35,373 bases of DNA from a virus (lineage: Duplodnaviria; Caudoviricetes), in IMG/VR virus record IMGVR_UViG_3300020042_008397, positions 1 to 35,373 of that record; one strand, given 5' to 3'. The notes under the pieces are model-generated. The model made no database searches, was not told the origin of the DNA, and saw only the letters and a program-made list of their open reading frames with translations. Position 1 is the first letter of the stretch, and every line of letters begins with the position of its first letter. Both the position numbers and the translations under genes were made by a program. Below are positions 8,001 to 15,398 of this stretch, in pieces.

Positions 8001-8204
8001 CTATCTTTCACCCGATAAAATGAGCTTGTGGCCGATAAAACGCTCTGTAAGCGTGTCAAAATGCGCGTCCGTTATGTCGGTTTGCAAGCTATCCAGCATC
8101 GCGGCGATGGTAACTTGCAAGCCGTCATGTGGGGGCATGGCTTCGAGTTCTGCGATCATCTCGCGGATCTTCTGCCGTGCCTCCCATTGTTGGCGTGGGG
8201 TCAT
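8001..8204 (-). CDS. Hypothetical protein
   Basis: 67-aa ORF, ATGA-coupled to upstream ORF. Confidence 0.6.
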   Translation of the reverse strand: MTPRQQWEARQKIREMIAELEAMPPHDGLQVTIAAMLDSLQTDITDAHFDTLTERFIGHKLILSGER

Positions 8205-8392
8205 GCGTCAAATCTTTCGCAAGATCCTAGTTTGTATTTACGTTTTGCCAAATTGCGAAAAGCTGGATTCCAGTGGTCAAACCCAAATTTTTTTGCACAG
8301 TCATGCATTTTCCTAAGCGTTACAAGTCGCGGAGAAAAATGACTTTTTGTGATAATCCGCGCAACATGCGCTTGTTTTTGTTTATTAGTCAT
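8201..8392 (-). CDS. Basic hypothetical protein
   Basis: MTNKQKQAH...; ATGA overlaps at both ends. Confidence 0.55.
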   Translation of the reverse strand: MTNKQKQAHVARIITKSHFSPRLVTLRKMHDCAKKFGFDHWNPAFRNLAKRKYKLGSCERFDA

Positions 8393-8709
8393 TCGATCCA
8401 TTTTCCGATTGTTGTGAGATAAACCTCGCATCGTTCGCGAGCGGTTGCGCTTGCGGATTCCCATCCTAATTGGAGCTCTAATATCCGATAATAGCTGCGT
8501 GCGTCATCAGTGTTTAGCGTATTCTCAAACTCATGGCAAGCGTTCAGGTCGGCGGTGTAGTTTGGGCAAGATGACTCATATTTACGATTTGGAGGCATTC
8601 CGTGAGCGGTTGGGTATCGAGTGCCGCCGCCAGCACCTTTAATGACCAGACGGCAATTAGTCCACCCCAGCGACTCCGCAATCGCGATGTTTATTTGTTC
8701 GTCAGTCAT
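8389..8709 (-). CDS. Phage ABA-sandwich-domain-like protein
   Basis: MTDEQINIAIAESLGW...PNYTADLNACHEFE...SATARERCEVYLTTIGKW pattern. Confidence 0.65.
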   Translation of the reverse strand: MTDEQINIAIAESLGWTNCRLVIKGAGGGTRYPTAHGMPPNRKYESSCPNYTADLNACHEFENTLNTDDARSYYRILELQLGWESASATARERCEVYLTTIGKWIE

Positions 8710-8936
8710 TTTGTTTTTCCTTTCTCTAATTGCGCAAGCCCTCTAGCTAGTATATTTTCACAATGTTTGATTGCCTCTTTTTTTGCTTCTCTCATAGTTT
8801 CGTATGATTTTATGGATCTGCGATTAAGAAAATAATATACCCAATCTCTTGACGAGTACGACTTGTAGACCTCTATGGTTATTACATCGGAAATTACTAC
8901 ATGACATCCGCCTAATCGTGATTTTTCCCATTTCAT
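8706..8936 (-). CDS. Hypothetical protein
   Basis: MKWEKS...; coupled overlaps with neighbours. Confidence 0.55.
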   Translation of the reverse strand: MKWEKSRLGGCHVVISDVITIEVYKSYSSRDWVYYFLNRRSIKSYETMREAKKEAIKHCENILARGLAQLEKGKTK

Positions 8937-9112
8937 TTCGCCTCCTTCCATTGCCAAGTTGTTTTTCCGTCCGAGTCAACCACGTATTCAGCGTGTCCGC
9001 GCTCTATGGCTTGTTTTTTCAGGTCTTCGTATTTATCAGCAGTAATAACGAACGCAAACCAAGTGCAAATCGCCACAATTGCAAGCGTGATAAATGATGC
9101 TGCCTCACTCAC
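8933..9112 (-). CDS. Small membrane-anchored hypothetical protein
   Basis: GTG start at 9112; hydrophobic FITLAIVAICTWFAFVI then KKQAIERGHAEY. Confidence 0.6.
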   Translation of the reverse strand: MSEAASFITLAIVAICTWFAFVITADKYEDLKKQAIERGHAEYVVDSDGKTTWQWKEAK

Positions 9113-9557
9113 TTGCGCCTCCTTTCTCTGCCATGGCTTTCCATGCGAGCGCATCTTGCCAGCCGTGGCGGTAGGTCTGAGCGTAGGTTTGCAATCCGCA
9201 ACGCCCAACGTGCTTGCGATACGCATCAGCAATCGCATCTTGCATGTCTATCATTTTGCTGACATCAGCAATATGATCGGGATGCCGCGCTGAAACGTCC
9301 GCTAGTGGTTCGCCTTGTAGCTCAACCCATTCAAGCAAGCTGTATTGCCAGTCGTCGGCGTAGGGCGGGTGCTCAAGTAGTTTGAAATCATTTTGATAAT
9401 CGCTCCAGATGTCGCATGAATAGCTTGCCACTGGCATTGCTGTGTAATGCATTACATCGCCGTTTGCATCCTGCGCGATAAATCTTGGCGATTCAATCCC
9501 CGCCGCTTTGCACGCTGCGAGTAGGGATTCTGACAGTTGTTGTTCTGGTGTGCTCAT
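9105..9557 (-). CDS. Hypothetical protein
   Basis: MSTPEQQL...FIAQDANG; ATGA-coupled. Confidence 0.65.
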   Translation of the reverse strand: MSTPEQQLSESLLAACKAAGIESPRFIAQDANGDVMHYTAMPVASYSCDIWSDYQNDFKLLEHPPYADDWQYSLLEWVELQGEPLADVSARHPDHIADVSKMIDMQDAIADAYRKHVGRCGLQTYAQTYRHGWQDALAWKAMAEKGGASE

Positions 9558-9805
9558 TGGAGTAGTTCGGTTGGCCATGCGGCTATGATGAGACTAGCTT
9601 GATGGTTGCCAATGTGTTCTGCCATGTCTTCTATGCAATCAATCGCCGCAATCGTGCTACGCCATCCAGCTTCGCATCGTCCTTCGCATATAAAATAATT
9701 TGATATTGTCGCTTTTTCTGAAAACGCAAGCAAACGCTCGCACTCTGCTTTGATTTTTTGTAGGTGTTCTGTTTTTGTCATTTTTTCTTTTTCTGGTGTG
9801 TTCAT
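9554..9805 (-). CDS. Hypothetical protein
   Basis: MNTPEKE...AGWRSTIAAID...IIAAWP; ATGA-coupled. Confidence 0.6.
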   Translation of the reverse strand: MNTPEKEKMTKTEHLQKIKAECERLLAFSEKATISNYFICEGRCEAGWRSTIAAIDCIEDMAEHIGNHQASLIIAAWPTELLQ

Positions 9806-10005
9806 GGTTGTTGACAAATTGCAAGTATTTTGTTCGCCCCTTTTATAGCTGCTTTTTCAGTTTGATACGATTTTAATTCGATAAAATCTTCACGGCCTTG
9901 CACATTGTAAGTGAATGTCACTGTGTAATAATAAACCCCGTAACAATTAGTTGATTTTTTGATTTTCGCAGTGTAATTGCCTTCAGTTAATTCCTTTTCC
10001 GTCAT
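9802..10005 (-). CDS. Hypothetical protein
   Basis: 67-aa AT-rich ORF. Confidence 0.55.
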   Translation of the reverse strand: MTEKELTEGNYTAKIKKSTNCYGVYYYTVTFTYNVQGREDFIELKSYQTEKAAIKGANKILAICQQP

Positions 10006-10017
10006 ATTGTTGTGTGT

Positions 10018-10212
10018 TCATGGTTCTTTTTTTTCTTGGTTGTCACTGTGGCATTGAGGCTTGTCAACAAATACAGCAACAGGCGCAGCATCACTTCCCC
10101 ACCAGTTAGCGGCGGCAGCTTTTACCTGTGGCGTTAGTGGTCGGCTGCAATCGTTTTGCTTGTTGCACGTTTCGTAAAACGGGCAAAAGGTTTTATCTTT
10201 GTAACAGATCAT
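10018..10212 (-). CDS. Small Cys-rich hypothetical protein
   Basis: MICYKDKTFC...C...C pattern; ATGA-coupled. Confidence 0.6.
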   Translation of the reverse strand: MICYKDKTFCPFYETCNKQNDCSRPLTPQVKAAAANWWGSDAAPVAVFVDKPQCHSDNQEKKEP

Positions 10213-10541
10213 GATATGTCGATTTCTTTCAGTTCATAGCGGTTTGTTTTCTCGTTCTTCTTCCAGCCATGCACGAGGATTTTCCACCCTGCGGCGCGAA
10301 TGGCGGCGATGTTCGGCGACTCGCTCATTTTGTCAATGCGACTCTTTGTGTTGCCCCATGATGTCGATTGCACAGCGATTGTTTCAGCCCCACGCAATGC
10401 GAGAATGTCGATGATCCCGAACAGGTCTTGGCGGATCTTCACGAAGCTGTTCCACTTCTCAACGACCTCCACTAGATCACAGGTCTTGCGTAGGTGCGCC
10501 AATGATAGTTGCGTTGGCGATGTTTTCATTTTTGCGCTCAT
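10209..10541 (-). CDS. PD-(D/E)XK-like endonuclease (VRR-NUC / resolvase-like)
   Basis: VVEKWN...RQDLFGIIDILA...IAVQST...VHGW motifs. Confidence 0.65.
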   Translation of the reverse strand: MSAKMKTSPTQLSLAHLRKTCDLVEVVEKWNSFVKIRQDLFGIIDILALRGAETIAVQSTSWGNTKSRIDKMSESPNIAAIRAAGWKILVHGWKKNEKTNRYELKEIDIS

Positions 10542-10780
10542 GGATCTCCTTTCAGTATCTTTTCTGTTTCCTTGGCAAAAATCAGATGCGTCTTTGCGTT
10601 CAGCTTGAAACATTGGATACATTCATCCAGTTGGTCGGCAATAGCGCAATAATGCCGCGCAAACTCGACAAACTCGCCAACTTTAAGCTGGACTGTTTCG
10701 TTATCCTTTAGTCGGTTCTCAACGTCCCATGCGATGTTCAGAATCGCTTGCATCCTGCGTTCGTGTGTATCTTTGTTCAT
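10538..10780 (-). CDS. Hypothetical protein
   Basis: 80-aa ORF coupled to the RecE-like gene. Confidence 0.6.
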   Translation of the reverse strand: MNKDTHERRMQAILNIAWDVENRLKDNETVQLKVGEFVEFARHYCAIADQLDECIQCFKLNAKTHLIFAKETEKILKGDP

Positions 10781-11523
10781 GGTAAATCAATTTCTTCTAG
10801 TTCCACCTCTGGCAATTCCCATTTTCCGCTTGCTAGGCACTCTTTGTAAATTTCGATTGCTCGCTCCATTTTGGCTAGTCCTGATTCGATCAATGCGTCA
10901 GATGCGCGATAGATTGCACGGGCAAACGGTTGTTTCATTTCGACAACTAGCCAGTAAAACGGAGCTGGTTCATCAAGTCCGTATTTCGCCGCGTGTGCCG
11001 CTTGATACCATGCCGCTTGCATATCATAGTGGTAATCGCTGATCTTGCGAGCAAACGCCCTTTTTGTGCAATCCTGAGCCGTTTTGAAGTCGGCAATCAA
11101 TTCCTCGCTGTGCATGTCCAGCAATGCCTTGATTTCAACGCCTCGGAACTCGCAAATGATCGGGGTCTCAAGCATCGGGCAAAGCTCCAGCATTTTTCGA
11201 ACGGTTCGAGATTTTGCCAACGAGTCAGCACATAGCGGGACACGCTGTGCTTTCTCATCTGCTAGAATCGGCTTTGTTTGCGCATCACGCCATGCTTTGC
11301 CCTCTTTGGTTGCAAAGCTCATTCCGTCTGGTTTCAGCGCGTATTCGTCGCGCAGGTCTTTACCCTCTAAAACAAAGGCATGAGTCAGCGTGCCAAGCAT
11401 CATCGCCTCACTAGGCTCATGATCTTCGTCTTGTGCCGCTTTGAAATGCGCGGGAGAATCAAGCAAATGTTTAGCGAGCGAGAAGTTGATCGCGGGATGT
11501 TGGCGGTATTCTGTGGCGTTCAT
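10777..11523 (-). CDS. RecE / exonuclease VIII-like PD-(D/E)XK exonuclease (DUF3799-like)
   Basis: SPAHF, LGTLTH, KALLD...IADFKT, YDMQAAWY, VVEMKQPF; adjacent to RecT. Confidence 0.85.
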   Translation of the reverse strand: MNATEYRQHPAINFSLAKHLLDSPAHFKAAQDEDHEPSEAMMLGTLTHAFVLEGKDLRDEYALKPDGMSFATKEGKAWRDAQTKPILADEKAQRVPLCADSLAKSRTVRKMLELCPMLETPIICEFRGVEIKALLDMHSEELIADFKTAQDCTKRAFARKISDYHYDMQAAWYQAAHAAKYGLDEPAPFYWLVVEMKQPFARAIYRASDALIESGLAKMERAIEIYKECLASGKWELPEVELEEIDLP

Positions 11524-12326
11524 GATTCCACCTCGCTTTCTACCTCTGCCAATGCCAAAACAAGCGGGTCGGATTTCGGGGTTACGTTGCGGACTTGTCG
11601 ATGATCGAAATCATCCTCTTTTGCGATTTGAGATTGAATCTCTGGAGATAGTCGAATCCATTTCTGCGCACGTTTGAAAACGGTTTTCTTTGCCATTTCA
11701 TCGTAAAACGAAATCCATGGGTGATCTTTTCCGTATTGCGTTGCCGATTTGTAGCCTTGCGACTTATCACGAATGGCGTTGATTTCTTCCAAGTTCATGA
11801 TTTCCGCTTTTTCGCTGCCGTCTTTTTTGCGAATCAGCACATAGTAGGCATACGCATCGCCACGAGGTTTTTTGTAGTCGATCAAGTGCTTTGTGATTGC
11901 TCCACGATCAACCTCAAAAACATCGTTCTCACAAACTTTGTCAGCGTGAATGTTGGAGATTTCACCAGTTCGCATTGCAAGCTCCACATAGCCCTTGTAA
12001 TCGACTTGTAACTGACATTCGACTGTCTTGTCTCGATTGTTGTTGTAAGGGATCAGATGGGCATTTCTGCCGTCTGGTTCAAGCCCTAGTGCTGAGAGCG
12101 TAAGCAAGCATTGCATAAATGACGATTGCGTGCATTCAGCAAGCTTAGGTTGACGGGTTAGCAATGTGGTAGCAACTCGGCAAAAGCGGTCTGCGTCCAA
12201 GTGCTTAGGCAATGCCAGTGCAAACTGTGCTTTGATGTTGTCTTGACTTAGCAAGCCTTTGAGCGTTGCTGGTTTCTTAGGTGCTGTGACCTCTGTTTTT
12301 TCTGTTGTCGTTAGTTCTGTGTTCAT
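11520..12326 (-). CDS. recT: RecT-family single-strand annealing recombinase
   Basis: LGLEPD, AHLIPY, CQLQVDYKGYVELAMR, PW...EMAKKTVFKR motifs. Confidence 0.92.
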   Translation of the reverse strand: MNTELTTTEKTEVTAPKKPATLKGLLSQDNIKAQFALALPKHLDADRFCRVATTLLTRQPKLAECTQSSFMQCLLTLSALGLEPDGRNAHLIPYNNNRDKTVECQLQVDYKGYVELAMRTGEISNIHADKVCENDVFEVDRGAITKHLIDYKKPRGDAYAYYVLIRKKDGSEKAEIMNLEEINAIRDKSQGYKSATQYGKDHPWISFYDEMAKKTVFKRAQKWIRLSPEIQSQIAKEDDFDHRQVRNVTPKSDPLVLALAEVESEVES

Positions 12327-12340
12327 TTTCTTATTGTTGG

Positions 12341-12427
12341 TTAGTTTGGTAAAATCACCCATGCGACTAGCCCAGCCGTGAGTGCGGTTGCGAGCGTGTA
12401 AAACGCTTCTAAGATCTTAATTGTCAT
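12341..12427 (-). CDS. 28-aa hydrophobic peptide (not in track)
   Basis: MTIKILEAFYTLATALTAGLVAWVILPN; fills the intergenic gap. Confidence 0.4.
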   Translation of the reverse strand: MTIKILEAFYTLATALTAGLVAWVILPN

Positions 12428-12536
12428 ACGGGTCTTTGGCTGATTTGAGAAGGCAAAGGATAAAAACGATTGCGTAAATTCCGACAATCACGCAAAAGCT
12501 GGCAAACATCGGATGCGCTTTGATGAAGTCAACCAC
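12417..12536 (-). CDS. 39-aa single-TM peptide (not in track)
   Basis: GTG start; MVDFIKAHPMFASFCVIVGIYAIVFILCLLKSAKDPYDN; AGGAGG just upstream. Confidence 0.5.
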   Translation of the reverse strand: MVDFIKAHPMFASFCVIVGIYAIVFILCLLKSAKDPYDN

Positions 12537-12774
12537 GGCTGACCTCCTTTCTCGCTGCTAACATTGCGTCTGCGTATTCATAGGCTTCTTCGGCAACGAG
12601 TGATTTTGCAGGCTCTTCGCCTTCATTGTTTTCGTCGTTGTGCTTTTGCCAATTAGCTTGAGCGATTGATAAAGCCGCCGCCGCAAAGTAGTCACGAAGG
12701 CTCATGCCTTGTTCGCCTTCGTTTGTATAATCGCCAAACGGAAACGCACTGCCTCCATCGTTAATCGCGCTCAC
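12529..12774 (-). CDS. Conserved phage hypothetical protein
   Basis: INDGGSAFP...GMSLRDYFAA...AYEYADAMLAAR, a widespread phage family pattern. Confidence 0.85.
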   Translation of the reverse strand: MSAINDGGSAFPFGDYTNEGEQGMSLRDYFAAAALSIAQANWQKHNDENNEGEEPAKSLVAEEAYEYADAMLAARKEVSRG

Positions 12775-12971
12775 TTCGCCACCTCCATTCCTTGCTCGAT
12801 CTTCTCCAGCACATAGCCCGTAAAGATTCTGCGCTTTTCCTTTGCCTCTAGTTTTAAGCGGTCAGCAAGCGCAATCGGCATTTTAACACTGATGGCTCGA
12901 TGGGTTCGCTCTTGGACTGATGCGGCGATGATGGCGCGTTTCTGCGCTCGTTGTTCTTTTGTATTGCTCAT
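12771..12971 (-). CDS. Ribbon-helix-helix (Arc/CopG-like) DNA-binding protein
   Basis: AISVKMPIALADRLKLEAKEKRRIFTGYVLEKIE fits the RHH pattern. Confidence 0.6.
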   Translation of the reverse strand: MSNTKEQRAQKRAIIAASVQERTHRAISVKMPIALADRLKLEAKEKRRIFTGYVLEKIEQGMEVAK

Positions 12972-13171
12972 GGTTGTGTTGTATTCTCTTTGGAGAGGGT
13001 TTCGATTTTCTGCATGAGCCAGCCTAGTCTCGCTGCGTCTGTTGCTCCGTGTGGGGTGTAAATTACAGCCCAAAGATCCTGCATTGCGAATTGCAGCATA
13101 AGCTTTGCTTCGGCTTCAGTAAGGTTGGCGATGTGTTCGTTCATGGCGAGGGATTTAGTGGTTGTTTTCAT
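12968..13171 (-). CDS. Hypothetical protein
   Basis: ATGA-coupled at both ends. Confidence 0.55.
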   Translation of the reverse strand: MKTTTKSLAMNEHIANLTEAEAKLMLQFAMQDLWAVIYTPHGATDAARLGWLMQKIETLSKENTTQP

Positions 13172-13368
13172 GCGGGGCGGTAGTGGGTTATTGTTGCGTT
13201 TAGTAAATCCAACCGCCAACACAACTCGCGCGAATCCCTTAAGTGATGTAATTCATATCCTTCCATCAATCTCCATTCCGCAATCATACACTCAGGATCA
13301 ACCCCGTTATTCTCCACCCACCCGTCAGCGTCTGGAGTTGGCTTTTGCGGTGCATCCTGAGCTTGCAT
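13168..13368 (-). CDS. Hypothetical protein
   Basis: DGWVENNG.DP...W......ITHYR pattern seen in small phage proteins. Confidence 0.6.
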   Translation of the reverse strand: MQAQDAPQKPTPDADGWVENNGVDPECMIAEWRLMEGYELHHLRDSRELCWRLDLLNATITHYRPA

Positions 13369-13375
13369 CGCGCCC

Positions 13376-13462
13376 TTAAGCTCGGCGGCGAGTATTTGCG
13401 CGGCGTATAAGCTCGGCGTTGCGGTTGCGCTGGTTAATAAGGAGGCGTTGGTAGTTGTTCAT
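13376..13462 (-). CDS. 28-aa Arg/Asn-rich peptide
   Basis: MNNYQRLLINQRNRNAELIRRANTRRRA after an A/C-rich leader. Confidence 0.4.
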   Translation of the reverse strand: MNNYQRLLINQRNRNAELIRRANTRRRA

Positions 13463-13496
13463 GGTAGGTTGGTTTGATCTTTGGCGATTGCTTGTA

Positions 13497-13679
13497 TTAT
13501 TTTCCCCATCCAAAAACTTGGTTGCGAGCCTCCCAATGCGCGGCTGATGTAAGCCACTCATTAGCTGGTCCTAAATCCTTATGCGACCATTTTTGAATCA
13601 GCGTGCTTGCCTTGTCTATAGTGTTTGCGTTTTTGATTAGGTCTGATGCGAGATTGGCGATTTGTAGTAGTTGGCTCAT
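13497..13679 (-). CDS. Hypothetical protein, first gene of the early leftward arm
   Basis: MSQLLQIANL...; ATG 13679 after an AACACACAAT leader. Confidence 0.55.
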   Translation of the reverse strand: MSQLLQIANLASDLIKNANTIDKASTLIQKWSHKDLGPANEWLTSAAHWEARNQVFGWGK

Positions 13680-13714
13680 ATTGTGTGTTCCGCCGCTTGT
13701 TGCGCGACGACCGA

Positions 13715-13742
13715 AACTTGCCAGAATCGCAGAAAAACGCAA
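13715..13742 (-). promoter_or_regulatory. Putative early leftward promoter
   Basis: TTGCGT-16-(TGG)CAAGTT with AT-rich upstream tract; weak -10. Confidence 0.4.
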
Positions 13743-13888
13743 TATATTTTTACAACTATTTTATTTTCCTATATTCTACAAGGCATTGCGCTTGCTTTTT
13801 GCTAGGAAAAACAGCGGTGTTTTGCGGTGAATTGCGGCAATTATCGGAGGTCTACGCAACTACTAATTGCAAACGTTTTAGTTTTTAC

Positions 13889-14028
13889 TTGCGCTTTTTT
13901 GCTCGGCTGGTATCTTTTGTTCGCCTATCCACCACGGAAAAGGATACGGATTCGCTCTGCGGATCTAGCATGCTGACCGCATCACTTAAGGCGTTGGGAA
14001 GGCTCAGCGGAGGTGATGCGGTCTTTTT
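13889..14028 (+). ncRNA. Promoter-short RNA-terminator unit 0
   Basis: TTGCGC-16-TATCTT; two small hairpins; 13-bp stem GACCGCATCACTT/AGGTGATGCGGTC followed by TTTTT; no convincing ORF. Confidence 0.55.
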
Positions 14029-14030
14029 AT

Positions 14031-14151
14031 TTGACAATGTTTTGGGTATTGGTATCATTGCCGCGAACTTGTCAAACGGTGCATTCCGCCTAGCAAGTGA
14101 ACAGACCCGCCACGCCTCTCAACGATGCGCACCAGGGCGGGTGCTTTATTT
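14031..14151 (+). ncRNA. Promoter-short RNA-terminator unit 1
   Basis: TTGACA-16-TATCAT; stem ACCCGCC/GGCGGGT with loop GCCTCTCAACGATGCGCACC (14114-14133); T-rich tail. Confidence 0.6.
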
Positions 14152-14166
14152 CACGATTCCCGCCCT

Positions 14167-14276
14167 GATTGAAAGTTGACTCCATGTCATCGCGAAAGCT
14201 TAGGTCGGGTGCGGGCATCCAATCACAGCAGATCTCCCATGCCTCTCCACGATGCGCACCTTGGGAGATATTTTTT
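14167..14276 (+). ncRNA. Short RNA-terminator unit 2
   Basis: Stem ATCTCCCA/TGGGAGAT with loop GCCTCTCCACGATGCGCACC (14241-14260, 19/20 identical to unit 1) followed by ATTTTTT; promoter unclear. Confidence 0.55.
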
Positions 14277-14296
14277 CACCGCTTGAAAATTATTTC

Positions 14297-14427
14297 TTGC
14301 GTTTTTCCAATCTTGTTCTATTCTTCTCTCGTTCGCGCGCTACTACCGCCGTAAAAGACTTTCTTGCTGTGTGTTCAATAGCATCGAAGCCCGTTCAGAG
14401 GTAGTAGCCTGAACGGGCTTTTCATTT
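14297..14427 (+). ncRNA. Promoter-short RNA-terminator unit 3 (or attenuated leader)
   Basis: TTGCGT-16-TATTCT; 5' box GCTACTACC; 12-bp stem AAGCCCGTTCAG/CTGAACGGGCTT with loop containing GGTAGTAGC. Confidence 0.6.
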
Positions 14428-14709
14428 GCCCCTGTTCGCTCTCCGATAACAGACCAAAACAAAGGACACCGCGAGAAGACGTGAATCTTCCACACTCATC
14501 ACTAGGCTTGAAACGCTCGAAAGGGGCTAACGAGTTGTCACCATGAGACTAAGCAGAGGTGGCAGGAGGTTGACTCCTAAGGGGCTGGTTTTCGAATCAT
14601 AAAAGCACATGGTAGATATTGTTTCTCATCGTGTGTGCTCTAGGGAGGTTATGAGACTAATTGTGTACAGAAATAAAAAGGAGAGAATACAGAAGAAAGA
14701 AAGAACGAT

Positions 14710-15063
14710 ATGAGTGAGGAAACAATACAAGGAGAACATAGAAAACCACTTTTCCAAAGACTGCGAGACATTTGCGGATGTCTCACCACCGAGGATGATT
14801 GTGACGAAATAGCTAGATTGGTGTTTAAGTCATATACAGTGGTGTTTGAGTCATATCCAACCAACGAAAAAATGAGTGAGGAAATCAACTGGCAAGAACG
14901 ATACGACCACCTTGTCGAATCATTACCAAAAAGCAAACGACCGTTTTCCGACAAGCAAGCGCAAAAGGTCATTGCCTCGCAGGTGAAGCGGATCACCCAG
15001 CTGGAGGACGATCTGAGCTTTGTCCGTTGCGAGCTGGACAAATTGAGAAAGGAAACGAGATGA
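14710..15063 (+). CDS. Hypothetical protein with C-terminal coiled coil
   Basis: 117-aa ORF after a purine-rich leader; ATGA-coupled to the next ORF. Confidence 0.65.
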   Translation: MSEETIQGEHRKPLFQRLRDICGCLTTEDDCDEIARLVFKSYTVVFESYPTNEKMSEEINWQERYDHLVESLPKSKRPFSDKQAQKVIASQVKRITQLEDDLSFVRCELDKLRKETR

Positions 15064-15299
15064 AAATTAAGCAACTCATAAAGCATTGGTTTCGCTGCCG
15101 TCATGGCTCGGTATCGCTAGGACTAAGTTTCTGGTCGGTAACGGCTTGCAATGGCTACGGTGTCGAAACAGAGCAAAAGTGCCTCAAGTGCGGCGTGTAT
15201 CGCCATCGAGTGTTGAAGTTTGGATGTCGTGAAAGTGCTGAATGGCAAGATGGAAAGCATCCAGAATCTACAAACAAAAACCCCGCCAGTGGGTGCTGA
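15060..15299 (+). CDS. Small Cys/His-rich protein (putative Zn ribbon)
   Basis: MKIKQLIKHWFRCRH...CLKCG; ATG at 15060. Confidence 0.6.
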   Translation: MKIKQLIKHWFRCRHGSVSLGLSFWSVTACNGYGVETEQKCLKCGVYRHRVLKFGCRESAEWQDGKHPESTNKNPASGC

Positions 15300-15306
15300 C
15301 GGGGTT
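15276..15306 (-). terminator. Intrinsic terminator (possibly bidirectional) at the convergence point
   Basis: CCCCGTCAG-caccca-CTGGCGGGG-TTTTT on the minus strand. Confidence 0.75.
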
Positions 15307-15398
15307 GTATGGCTAAGTCTGGTTCGCTTCGCAAGAGTCGCGCACTTAGCACTGTCGGGAGGAGGCTAGCGCAATCAAGCGCGGAGTCAAGCGGGAAT

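Noticed and set aside
14114-14260. 20-bp direct repeat as a CRISPR or mini-CRISPR array
   Set aside because: Only two copies, 107 nt between them, each enclosed in its own terminator stem; no cas genes in the window
13646-14354. Plus-strand ORFs 13646..14179 and 14169..14354 as genes
   Set aside because: TTG starts, implausible composition, and they run through several promoters and terminators
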